A stretch of DNA of 64,000 bases, taken from the IMG/VR virus record IMGVR_UViG_3300047319_001136. One strand, written 5' to 3'. Source of the stretch: an uncultured virus (IMG/VR IMGVR_UViG_3300047319_001136) (taxonomy: Duplodnaviria; Heunggongvirae; Uroviricota; Caudoviricetes; Schitoviridae). Position 1 is the first letter of the stretch. Every line of letters begins with the position of its first letter. Below are positions 16,725 through 24,721 of the stretch, in pieces. The notes under the pieces were generated by a model, which had not been told where the DNA came from, did not search any database, and saw only the letters and a program-made list of their open reading frames with translations. The position numbers and the translations under genes are program-made.

Positions 16725-17053
16725 GCCATCTCCTTGATTGCCTGTTCGATGACCTTCCTGATCACATCACCGTGACAGGCCTTGGGTGCACAGAAACACT
16801 GCAGGCACACAGGCTCACCTGAGTCATCCATCACCATGGCACCAATGCGCTCCAGTTCATTGAGGATGGCTTCGTTACCAGCCTGCATCTGTTCCTGCAG
16901 ATACTCACCATAGAGATACACAGCAGCTTCCCGTGTTACTCCTGGTTCAATCCTGACTGGATTGCCTAGCGGTGAGGGTCGGCCGATGTAGACATAGCGA
17001 CGGTTGGGCCACTGACCGTGGAATTTGTTGGTGACCCTGAGTTCATTTGGCAT
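16721..17053 (-). CDS. DUF4326 family protein
   Basis: YVYIGRPSPLGNP and LQCFCAPKACHGDVI motifs. Confidence 0.85.
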   Translation of the reverse strand: MPNELRVTNKFHGQWPNRRYVYIGRPSPLGNPVRIEPGVTREAAVYLYGEYLQEQMQAGNEAILNELERIGAMVMDDSGEPVCLQCFCAPKACHGDVIRKVIEQAIKEMA

Positions 17054-17420
17054 GTTCACGAGCCCACGCAATACGCTTCGGGTTACGGTGGCAGGCACCG
17101 CGGTCTGCCTCCAGGTTGTACTGGCTGGATAGCTCATGAAAGGGATGCAGGAAGCTGGTGGATAGCTTCATGAACTGGGCTTGCAGTTCGTTGCCCAGAT
17201 TCCGATACTCCACCTGAGCATGCCTGTTTGCCCATTGACGCAAGGCACCGCACAGTCCGTGGTGACGGCTGAAGCCCATTTCCTTGGGAGCACCGGCATC
17301 CAGCCATGCTGCGTAGGCTCGATAGAACTGGGTGAGGAGTTCGGACTGTCTGGGCATCTCGAACGTGCCGAGATACTGGTCGTGGAATTCTTTAGACGAG
17401 GTGAGCGGCTTCGATTGCAT
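17043..17420 (-). CDS. hypothetical protein (MQSKPLTSS..., 125 aa)
   Basis: Operon-consistent ORF. Confidence 0.65.
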   Translation of the reverse strand: MQSKPLTSSKEFHDQYLGTFEMPRQSELLTQFYRAYAAWLDAGAPKEMGFSRHHGLCGALRQWANRHAQVEYRNLGNELQAQFMKLSTSFLHPFHELSSQYNLEADRGACHRNPKRIAWAREHAK

Positions 17421-17430
17421 CTTTGCTCTC

Positions 17431-17484
17431 TTGGTTGTTTGGTTGTTTGGAACCTTGCCTGCTTGGTTCCTTGGTTCAGTGGTG
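17431..17484. repeat. third 4-bp periodic array
   Basis: tggt tgtt tggt tgtt tgga acct tgcc tgct tggt tcct tggt; intergenic. Confidence 0.6.
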
Positions 17485-17787
17485 TGTGACACGCAGTCTG
17501 GGTGGTGCAGGATCGTTCGCAGCAGGTGCCTCGAACTTCTTCCAGCGCTCAACCTTCGGGATTGGGCAGCGGTGCTGGATGACACGCACAATGCGCTCGG
17601 CTACCGTTTTCTCTTCCATGTTCAACCGCTCGAACCCCTTGCCTGTCTGCACATTGCACAGGGCAAGCGGATAGTGGGTGGGTAGGGCATAAAAGGCCTG
17701 ATACAGCCGGATGACGTCGGTACCCATCATCTGTTTCTCAGTCATCTGCAATACTTGAAGCACATCCTTCGAGTCCGGATTGGACAT
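17476..17787 (-). CDS. hypothetical protein (MSNPDSKDVL..., 103 aa)
   Basis: AAGGGG Shine-Dalgarno before ATG 17787. Confidence 0.6.
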   Translation of the reverse strand: MSNPDSKDVLQVLQMTEKQMMGTDVIRLYQAFYALPTHYPLALCNVQTGKGFERLNMEEKTVAERIVRVIQHRCPIPKVERWKKFEAPAANDPAPPRLRVTHH

Positions 17788-17806
17788 GGGCTGCCCCCTT
17801 GCTATG

Positions 17807-18340
17807 TCATAAGCAGGCCTGTTTGAATGAGTCGACGAACGTCGACATGGCCTGTTGGTCGTCGTCAAACGCGATGTTGAAACTGGGAATCCCGTACAAC
17901 GATGCGAGACGCACGGCATTACCGGTACCACCCTGTGGGATACGCTGCGCAGCCCAGTAGGCGACGAACTTCACCGGATCATTGAGCTCAGGCCCAAGGA
18001 TGATGGACACGTTGCGCATCATCAGCTTGCGCGATCCCTGACTGAGCCTGTCCCAGGCTGGATGGGCTATCCTGGCCACGGCTTCCAGTGCATCGGTCTG
18101 TGGGCTGATGAAGAAGCCTTCACCGCCACCGTTATTGAAGCCCTGCCATGGCAGGTAGATCTCCCGCATCGGTGGCCGGTGACAGCAGGCAAATGCCTGG
18201 TCAGCGCCCTGTGCATGGCCGGAGCGGACCATCCATCCTTCGCTGTCGAGCTGCCGGCCAACGCTGGCCATCATCTCGCAGACATCGAGCGGCGTCTGTC
18301 TTGGGCCGATTCCGGCGTACTTCAGTGCTTTAATGGCCAT
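17807..18340 (-). CDS. SLOG / DprA-Smf-like Rossmann-fold protein
   Basis: YAGIGPRQTP, VRSGHAQGADQAF, LMMRN and GGTGNAVRLA motifs. Confidence 0.8.
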   Translation of the reverse strand: MAIKALKYAGIGPRQTPLDVCEMMASVGRQLDSEGWMVRSGHAQGADQAFACCHRPPMREIYLPWQGFNNGGGEGFFISPQTDALEAVARIAHPAWDRLSQGSRKLMMRNVSIILGPELNDPVKFVAYWAAQRIPQGGTGNAVRLASLYGIPSFNIAFDDDQQAMSTFVDSFKQACL

Positions 18341-18479
18341 CGATTGGCTATCCCCTGGTGTTTAGGCTGTCTTCGTCCAAAAGCACGAAAACGCTCAACT
18401 TGCTCTTTAGAAGTTGAGACTATCTATTAGAGTTAAGTTTGAGGAAGCCAGATTGTAGCCTGGCTTCCCCGAAAGGTGT

Positions 18480-18884
18480 TTACGCGAATTGCAGCTTGGC
18501 GGTGTACTTGTTCGATGCATCGACCGCCACCGGCTTGTCTTCCTTCACCCGACGCACCTGCGCCTGGATCATGAAGACCGCGTCCTGACCCGGTTCCAGG
18601 GTTTTGGCATGCGCCATGATCTGGTCGAGCAGGTCATTGCGTGCCGCCTGTAACTGGGCGAACTCCTCGTTGCTGGAGTTGGTCTTCAGGCGTTCCATGG
18701 TGTCCAGCGGAATGCCGATCGGCAGCGACACGAACGTGTCACCTTTGCCTTCTTCGGGCTTGGCCGTACCCTCGGCCACGAAGCCGATGTTCAGCCAGAA
18801 CTGCGCCTTCGGTGCTTCTGCGCCATTAGCCTTCCTGCCTGCTTCTGCTTTGTTAGCGAACTGGAGTGCGAAATCGATTGCCAT
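18480..18884 (-). CDS. N4 gp2-like ssDNA-binding RNAP II activator (134 aa)
   Basis: KAQFWLNIGF, FVSLPIGIPLDT and QVRRVK motifs; early position behind a hairpin promoter. Confidence 0.8.
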   Translation of the reverse strand: MAIDFALQFANKAEAGRKANGAEAPKAQFWLNIGFVAEGTAKPEEGKGDTFVSLPIGIPLDTMERLKTNSSNEEFAQLQAARNDLLDQIMAHAKTLEPGQDAVFMIQAQVRRVKEDKPVAVDASNKYTAKLQFA

Positions 18885-18956
18885 GATGAGTGTCCTCAAA
18901 GATATGTCGAGAGATTGCGGGAAAAGTAAAAATGGTGCTCGTAGGTCAGCACCCAA

Positions 18957-18975
18957 CCAAAAGCGCCGCAGGCGC
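18957..18975 (-). promoter_or_regulatory. N4-type virion RNAP hairpin promoter (template is the + strand; leftward transcription)
   Basis: CC-AAAA-GCGCC-GCA-GGCGC: 5-bp stem with a C-GNA-G triloop. Confidence 0.8.
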
Positions 18976-19010
18976 CACAACTACGTGTTTAAATCAGGAG
19001 CCGCCAAGGA

Positions 19011-19211
19011 TCATGAGATCAGTGATCCAGTGGACGGATAGTTCTGGTAGTCAAACCGGAACGGAAATCCAGCATCGACCATTGCATCGACTTCCGGATC
19101 CCGGCAGACACCGTTACCAAAAGCTCGATCCAGCCAGCCAGGGCGTAATGCCTGTGTGCTACGGTAGTGGTTGAAAGCTGCATTAACGTGGGCTTCCTGC
19201 TTGATTGCCAT
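19011..19211 (-). CDS. early hypothetical protein, paralogue of 19228..19488
   Basis: AHVNAAFNHYRSTQALRPGWLDRAFGNGVCRDP. Confidence 0.7.
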   Translation of the reverse strand: MAIKQEAHVNAAFNHYRSTQALRPGWLDRAFGNGVCRDPEVDAMVDAGFPFRFDYQNYPSTGSLIS

Positions 19212-19227
19212 GATTTTTTCCTTTTGT

Positions 19228-19488
19228 TCAGTGACTACGGTAGCCGTATTCAAGCAACTCTATGAGATTGCCGCGAGTTGGTTGTAGAGGGTCAAACATC
19301 GATCCCTCGATCTTTCGGCCGCCTGTAGCTTTGAGCACAAGCGGATCGATGCATTCGCCATTGCCGTAGACACGGTCAATCCAGCCCGGACGTAGAACTT
19401 GTGTTGCGCGGTAATGATCAGTAGCCACATGCACATGCGCGTTATGCGGCTTGCTGAATTTCGTAATCAGTTCAGGACGGATTGCCAT
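19228..19488 (-). CDS. early hypothetical protein, paralogue of 19011..19211
   Basis: AHVHVATDHYRATQVLRPGWIDRVYGNGECIDP. Confidence 0.7.
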   Translation of the reverse strand: MAIRPELITKFSKPHNAHVHVATDHYRATQVLRPGWIDRVYGNGECIDPLVLKATGGRKIEGSMFDPLQPTRGNLIELLEYGYRSH

Positions 19489-19503
19489 GATTTATTCCTT
19501 GGT

Positions 19504-19851
19504 TCAGATAGGGAAATAGCGTTGGATCATGGCCTTGCGCCATTTGCGTGAGCGGACCATGGCCTGCATGTGACCCAGCAGGCATTCCTGGTGCAGATCC
19601 TCGAGTACCTCGAGTTTGATCAGCGCCATGTCCTGATTGAGCATCGGGAAACCGCTGAAGATGTGACCTAGTGACTGGATGGCGTGATCACGGATCCAGC
19701 GCACATCGGTCTCATCCCGAGCCTCGAGCAGTGCTTCACGTACCCGCTCGATGAGCCTGTCACAGTCCGCACGCAGCTTGGTGCGGATGACCGGGAACGT
19801 TTCCAGCCGGATAGCCGGAACCTGCTCTGCTACCTGCATGTTTGCAGCCAT
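19504..19851 (-). CDS. early hypothetical protein (115 aa)
   Basis: GAGGAGG Shine-Dalgarno. Confidence 0.7.
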   Translation of the reverse strand: MAANMQVAEQVPAIRLETFPVIRTKLRADCDRLIERVREALLEARDETDVRWIRDHAIQSLGHIFSGFPMLNQDMALIKLEVLEDLHQECLLGHMQAMVRSRKWRKAMIQRYFPI

Positions 19852-19861
19852 GATGGCCTCC

Positions 19862-20101
19862 TCAGTATTTGCTGGTGTTGGTCAAGGCCCACACACCGAG
19901 TGCATGGGCGCGTTGATGACGAACTTCATCGGCGTGCAGGAGCCAGGCAAACGTGAACCAGATCACGCCTGTACCCATGCACAACGCATCGCTCCAGTTG
20001 TTGAACAGGTCAGCCAGTTCGAGCAGCTGGGCTACGCCCCAGCCAAAACAGAGCAGACCCGTCAAGAATGCCAGCGAGATGTAAACGTGAATCTTGCGCA
20101 T
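19862..20101 (-). CDS. early membrane protein with two TM helices (79 aa)
   Basis: Two hydrophobic segments; GAGGA Shine-Dalgarno before ATG 20101. Confidence 0.65.
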   Translation of the reverse strand: MRKIHVYISLAFLTGLLCFGWGVAQLLELADLFNNWSDALCMGTGVIWFTFAWLLHADEVRHQRAHALGVWALTNTSKY

Positions 20102-20252
20102 GATGTTTTCCTCAAAGATATCTCTAATGACTATTGTAAAAAAGGACAGAGAGAGAATTCCTAACAAGTAGGAATTTCCTGTCTGTCCGATCTAGCTATC
20201 TTAGCTATCTTAGAATTGAGTTTGTAGTGAGTCCGTAGACTCACTATTTCGG

Positions 20253-20582
20253 TTATTGTTGACCTTTACGTTTCGCCAATACTGCTGCGATACGATCAGA
20301 GTTTTTCTGATACAGCTCAGCATGTTCTGCTGATTTACCCAGAAACTCTTTAAGTTTCAGATGACGTTGCGTATCTTCCATCGCAACTTCTTCCTGAAGT
20401 CGCGTTTCAAACGACTCCATATCTACCAGACTACGGATCGCCTGCTTTTCAGCAGCATCACCTACATACTTGTCCAGCATGTTTACTGCCTTGATACCAC
20501 TACCCAGGATCGTTGAAGCAGCCACTGCTGCATTCGATACTGTGTCAAACACGGTGCCAATCGTCATACGTGCTGTTGCCAT
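20253..20582 (-). CDS. N4 gp1-like first early protein
   Basis: MATARMTIGTVFDTV...; first gene after a hairpin promoter at the predicted genome start; AGGAG Shine-Dalgarno. Confidence 0.7.
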   Translation of the reverse strand: MATARMTIGTVFDTVSNAAVAASTILGSGIKAVNMLDKYVGDAAEKQAIRSLVDMESFETRLQEEVAMEDTQRHLKLKEFLGKSAEHAELYQKNSDRIAAVLAKRKGQQ

Positions 20583-20617
20583 GATCATCTCCTAACAACT
20601 AAGGGTTGGGCGATATG

Positions 20618-20636
20618 CCAGCAGCGCCGCAGGCGC
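20618..20636 (-). promoter_or_regulatory. N4-type virion RNAP hairpin promoter
   Basis: CC-AGCA-GCGCC-GCA-GGCGC; hairpin identical to the copy at 18963. Confidence 0.8.
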
Positions 20637-21001
20637 CGTGTATGTGTAAGGGTGGGTACTGACCCACCCTCCATGTGAGACACCCGGGGGGGTGTACTGT
20701 GTATGTGGGCCTGGAGGCCCCCTAGCTGCCAGGGAACATAACTATCAAAAATGCTGGAACCCGACCGGCATAAAAATTGGCGCAACTTCTCTCTATATGC
20801 AGATATGTTTGGGGTCAACCTGGTGACGGCCTGACTGTATATGTAGACCTTTCCTCTCTGGCTCAGCTGTGTGCAACTAACCGTCTGTCCAACGTCCAGT
20901 CAGGAGACACAGAAGAAAAGGGTCAGAGTCCTGTCTGCAAAAATATGAGAGACAAGTTGGGCCGACTAGAGATAAGTTTGGGGTCTGGGGGTGTTGAGGA
21001 C

Positions 21002-21037
21002 AAAAGAAAAGGCGGAGGACCGTGGGTCACTCCGCCC
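21002..21037 (-). terminator. rho-independent terminator
   Basis: GGCGGAG...CTCCGCC followed by TTTTCTTTT on the minus strand. Confidence 0.75.
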
Positions 21038-21273
21038 TGGGCCGGTAGTCATGACCCGGCCGGCACCGGGGAAGCATCACTGTCTGGGCACTGACCGGAG
21101 CCAGTGAAGGAGTTTGACAGCTGCCACTGTGGAAGTTATTGACCCCACTCTCCACTGGGGTTGAAGAAGACGCAAGCGAAGTCAACCGTCATCGTCAGCC
21201 GCGAGCCAGGCCATTGGCAGCCTTGAACGCGATTCCAGGTTAACACATGGGGTTATTTATGTGAAGAATTCCT

Positions 21274-21292
21274 CCCCCTGTTGCGGAGCAAC
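21274..21292 (-). promoter_or_regulatory. N4-type virion RNAP hairpin promoter near the predicted genome terminus
   Basis: CC-CCCT-GTTGC-GGA-GCAAC: 5-bp stem with a GGA triloop. Confidence 0.7.
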
Positions 21293-21421
21293 CATAGGAG
21301 TAACCCTCCCATTCCCATAAGGAATAGAGCCGGACAGAGAATTCTATGGACGAATCCTAACATAGACTTTAGACTGCGTTTAGTCCAATTGTGGACTACC
21401 GCACAGACGGAGACCGAAAAG

Positions 21422-22231
21422 ATGAATGCACCCGTTTCAGAAGAAGCCCTCAAGGCAGCCGCCGTTGCACCCCGCGTGACACTCGAACAGGTGATGGCCG
21501 CGATCGAAGGCGAGAGCTATACCGTGCTGCCTGATGGCCGCACGACTGTCTGCCAGCTGAACCTGGCCGGTGGCCGCTTCACGGTGGAAGGGCAGAGCGC
21601 CTGTGTAAGTAAGGAAAATTTCAATGCCGAGTTCGGCAACAAGTTCGCCCGGCAGAAGGCTGTGGAGCAGATCGGGCCGCTGCTGGGCTTCTCCCTGGCT
21701 CAGAAGCTGGCGTTGATCGACCGGGCAGGCCCGGCGACCGGTGCGATCGTCACGAAGCTCGGCGCGCGACCGCTGACCTACGTTGGCACCAAGGTGGTCC
21801 GTGCCGTGCCGATGGACCAGAGCACCTATGAGAATCTGAGGGACGGGGGTGACCGCGAAGCCTGCGATCGTTTCCCGGGTTACCTCGTCGAGTACGTGGA
21901 TGGCGGAACATCCAACGTTGAAGGTTTTGCCGGCTACATCTCCTGGTCGCCCAAGGATGTATTCGAGAAAGCCTACACGGTCGGTGCAGAGCCGAAGGTC
22001 ACCACCTTCCTGGACCGCCTGAAGGTTGAGGCTGAAGAACTCGAGGTGAAGTGGGGCAAGCTGCGCCTCTTCATCGGTACGCCGGAGTTCTCCAGCCTGA
22101 ACACTCTGGAGCAGAAGGATCTGAAGGCGCAGGCCTCGTCGATGGAGGACTACCTCTGGATCCTGAAGAAGCGCATCAACCGGGCGAACACGGCCCATGC
22201 GAATGCGTCCCCCGTGGTTCTGGGTCATTAA
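21422..22231 (+). CDS. Gp49-family multi-domain phage protein (269 aa)
   Basis: APRVT, TTVCQL, FTVEGQSACVSKENFNAEFG and GYLVEY...YISWSPKDVFEKAY motifs; C-terminal coiled coil. Confidence 0.75.
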   Translation: MNAPVSEEALKAAAVAPRVTLEQVMAAIEGESYTVLPDGRTTVCQLNLAGGRFTVEGQSACVSKENFNAEFGNKFARQKAVEQIGPLLGFSLAQKLALIDRAGPATGAIVTKLGARPLTYVGTKVVRAVPMDQSTYENLRDGGDREACDRFPGYLVEYVDGGTSNVEGFAGYISWSPKDVFEKAYTVGAEPKVTTFLDRLKVEAEELEVKWGKLRLFIGTPEFSSLNTLEQKDLKAQASSMEDYLWILKKRINRANTAHANASPVVLGH

Positions 22232-22311
22232 ATAGTTCACTGCTAATAAGAATTAGCAGGCAAGACAGGGCCGGTTCCGACCGGTCCTGCGCAGTTTACG
22301 CAGGAGAAAAC

Positions 22312-22416
22312 ATGTTCTGGATTGGATTGGGAGTGGGCGTCGCTGCCTGCGTGGTGATTTTCTTTGCCTGGCTCATCTGGGCGCTGTGCGTTCTTGGTAT
22401 GGGGGCCATTCACTGA
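22312..22416 (+). CDS. small membrane peptide (34 aa)
   Basis: AGGAG Shine-Dalgarno; MFWIGLGVGVAACVVIFFAWLIWALCVLGMGAIH; TGATG coupling to the next gene. Confidence 0.6.
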   Translation: MFWIGLGVGVAACVVIFFAWLIWALCVLGMGAIH

Positions 22417-23102
22417 TGCTGACCAAAGAAATCGTCGAGCGGGCCGTGCCCGCCAACCTGAAGAACGCGGTGACCCAGTCACTGGTCGACCAGGTGAATA
22501 ACGCCGCGGCGGATCCACTCATTGCCGAGCAGATCCGCAACAACTTCGTCTCCTACACCGGGGTGCTGAAGGACGGCAAGTTCAAGACCGAGGACTACCT
22601 GAACGCCGTGTGCTACGTCAGCTACAAGCTGATGGGCGACACGAACAAGGATGCCTACTTCAAGGCGTTCCCCGCCCGCTACCAGGCGCTGCTGCAGAAG
22701 GGAACCAGTGAGAAAGACATCAGCGCCTACGTGTCGGCCTATGCCAAGGGCAAGCTCGTCAACCTGATCATGGAGCAGACCCTGGTGCCGAGCTGGGTGC
22801 TCAACCAGGACTTCTACCAGCGAGCACTCAACGTGCAGGCTGACCTGATGATTAATGCCCAGTCGGAGAAGGTCCGCACCGATGCTGCCAACTCGATCCT
22901 CACGCACCTGACCAAGCCGAAGGAGGCCGGGCCGCTGATCAATATTGACGCGCGTGAGACGAGCGGCATGACGGAACTGAAGGACATGCTTGGCAAGCTC
23001 GCAGCCCAGCAGCTCTCGCTGATCCAGGGTGGAGTGACAGCGAAGGAGATCGCAGCCCAGCGGATCATCGACGCGACTGACGTTACAGTGAAGGTGGTCT
23101 GA
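22416..23102 (+). CDS. N4 gp69-like protein (putative terminase small subunit)
   Basis: Directly precedes the large terminase; YLNAVCYVSYKLMG and SEKVRTDAANSIL motifs. Confidence 0.8.
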   Translation: MLTKEIVERAVPANLKNAVTQSLVDQVNNAAADPLIAEQIRNNFVSYTGVLKDGKFKTEDYLNAVCYVSYKLMGDTNKDAYFKAFPARYQALLQKGTSEKDISAYVSAYAKGKLVNLIMEQTLVPSWVLNQDFYQRALNVQADLMINAQSEKVRTDAANSILTHLTKPKEAGPLINIDARETSGMTELKDMLGKLAAQQLSLIQGGVTAKEIAAQRIIDATDVTVKVV

Positions 23103-24703
23103 TGGCCACGACTCTCATCAAGCAGGAGCTCGATGAGTGGCTGGATCAGGTGAGCTACAAGGAACTGAACTCACCCAGCTACACGCCGAGCACCTTTGCC
23201 CTGACGTTCATGAACTTCATCAAGCTCGTGAATGGCGAACAGGGCGAGTCACACAAGACACCACCCGTGCACCTGAAGATGCTGGACAAGGTGGTGGAAT
23301 CACCTTCCAGCTACATTGCCAATCTGTGCTTCCGGGGTGCAGCGAAAACGACTCTCTTCATGGAGTATTTTTCACTGTTCCTCGGTATGTTCGGGTTCAT
23401 CCCGGGCTTTGGCAAGGTCGAGGGGATGATCTACGTATCTGACTCGATGGACAACGGTGTCAAGTCGGCACGCAAGAACATCGAGTTCCGGTACAACAAC
23501 AGTGAGTTCCTGCAGGAGTGGATTCCCCACGCAGTCTTCACCGATAACTACATCGAGTTCCGGAACAAGGAAGGCCACTGTCTGGGCATCAAGATGTTCG
23601 GTGCGAAGACGGGTCTTCGGGGGACCAAGATCTTCGGCAAGCGGCCGGTCGTCTGTGTACTCGATGACCTGGTGTCGGACGATGACTCCAAGTCCCGGGC
23701 CGCCATGCAGGCGATCAAGGACACGGTCTACAAGGGTGTGAATCACGCACTCGATCCGACCCGTCGCAAGGTCGTGTTCAATGGCACGCCGTTCAACAAG
23801 GATGACATCCTGATCGAGGCGGTCGAGTCGGGTGCGTGGGACGTGAACGTATGGCCGGTGTGTGAGCGTTTCCCCTGCACGGAAGAGGAATTCTGTGGTG
23901 CCTGGGAAGACCGTTTCACCTACGCGTACGTCAGTGAGCAGTACGACATGGCATCGAAGACGGGCAAGCTCTCCGCCTTCATGCAGGAGCTGATGCTGCG
24001 TATCACCTCGGAAGAGGAACGCCTGGTGCAGGATGCAGAGATCCGCTGGTACGGCCGGCGTAATCTGCTCGAGAACCAGGGCAGCTTCAACTTCTATGTC
24101 ACGACGGACTTTGCCACCTCAGAAAAACAGACTGCGGACTACTCCGTGATCAGTGTCTGGGCGTACAATTCCAACGGCGACTGGTTCTGGGTCGATGGCA
24201 TCATCGAACGCCAGAAGATGGACAAGACAGTCGATGACCTGTTCAGACTGGTACAGCAGTACAAACCGCAGCAGGTAGGCATCGAGATCACGGGACAGCA
24301 GGGTGGGTTTGTTTCCTGGCTCCAGCGAGAGCAGATAAACCGGAACATCTGGTTTAACTTCGCCTCATCGGACAAGAACAATACAACCCCTGGCATACGC
24401 CCAATCACCGACAAGCTCTCCCGCTTCAATCTGGTAGTTCCTTGGTTCAAGGCCGGAAAATTCTATTTCCCGGAAGAGATGAAGCACTCAAAGACCATGG
24501 GTCTCGCCATGGGCCAGCTCAAGCTGGTCACCTCAAGCGGCATCAAGGGCAAGGACGACTTTATCGATACCGTGTCGCAGCTCGGGTATCTGAAGCCGTG
24601 GAAGCCTTCTGATTCCGCTCCGGCGACACCCTCGGAAGTACAGGTCTATGAGGAAGAGCATCACGAGTCTGACCCAGGCGGGCTGGCCAGTTACATCGTG
24701 TGA
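23102..24703 (+). CDS. terL: terminase large subunit (N4 gp68-like)
   Basis: CFRGAAKTT Walker A, VLDDL Walker B, FNGTP, and nuclease motifs TTDFA...ADYS...KDDFID. Confidence 0.95.
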   Translation: MATTLIKQELDEWLDQVSYKELNSPSYTPSTFALTFMNFIKLVNGEQGESHKTPPVHLKMLDKVVESPSSYIANLCFRGAAKTTLFMEYFSLFLGMFGFIPGFGKVEGMIYVSDSMDNGVKSARKNIEFRYNNSEFLQEWIPHAVFTDNYIEFRNKEGHCLGIKMFGAKTGLRGTKIFGKRPVVCVLDDLVSDDDSKSRAAMQAIKDTVYKGVNHALDPTRRKVVFNGTPFNKDDILIEAVESGAWDVNVWPVCERFPCTEEEFCGAWEDRFTYAYVSEQYDMASKTGKLSAFMQELMLRITSEEERLVQDAEIRWYGRRNLLENQGSFNFYVTTDFATSEKQTADYSVISVWAYNSNGDWFWVDGIIERQKMDKTVDDLFRLVQQYKPQQVGIEITGQQGGFVSWLQREQINRNIWFNFASSDKNNTTPGIRPITDKLSRFNLVVPWFKAGKFYFPEEMKHSKTMGLAMGQLKLVTSSGIKGKDDFIDTVSQLGYLKPWKPSDSAPATPSEVQVYEEEHHESDPGGLASYIV

Positions 24704-24721
24704 TTATCGTGTGAGGTCTGG

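Noticed and set aside
18377..18395. TCCAAAAGCACGAAAACGC as a fourth vRNAP promoter
   Set aside because: It has the CCAAAA lead-in but cannot form the 5-bp stem.
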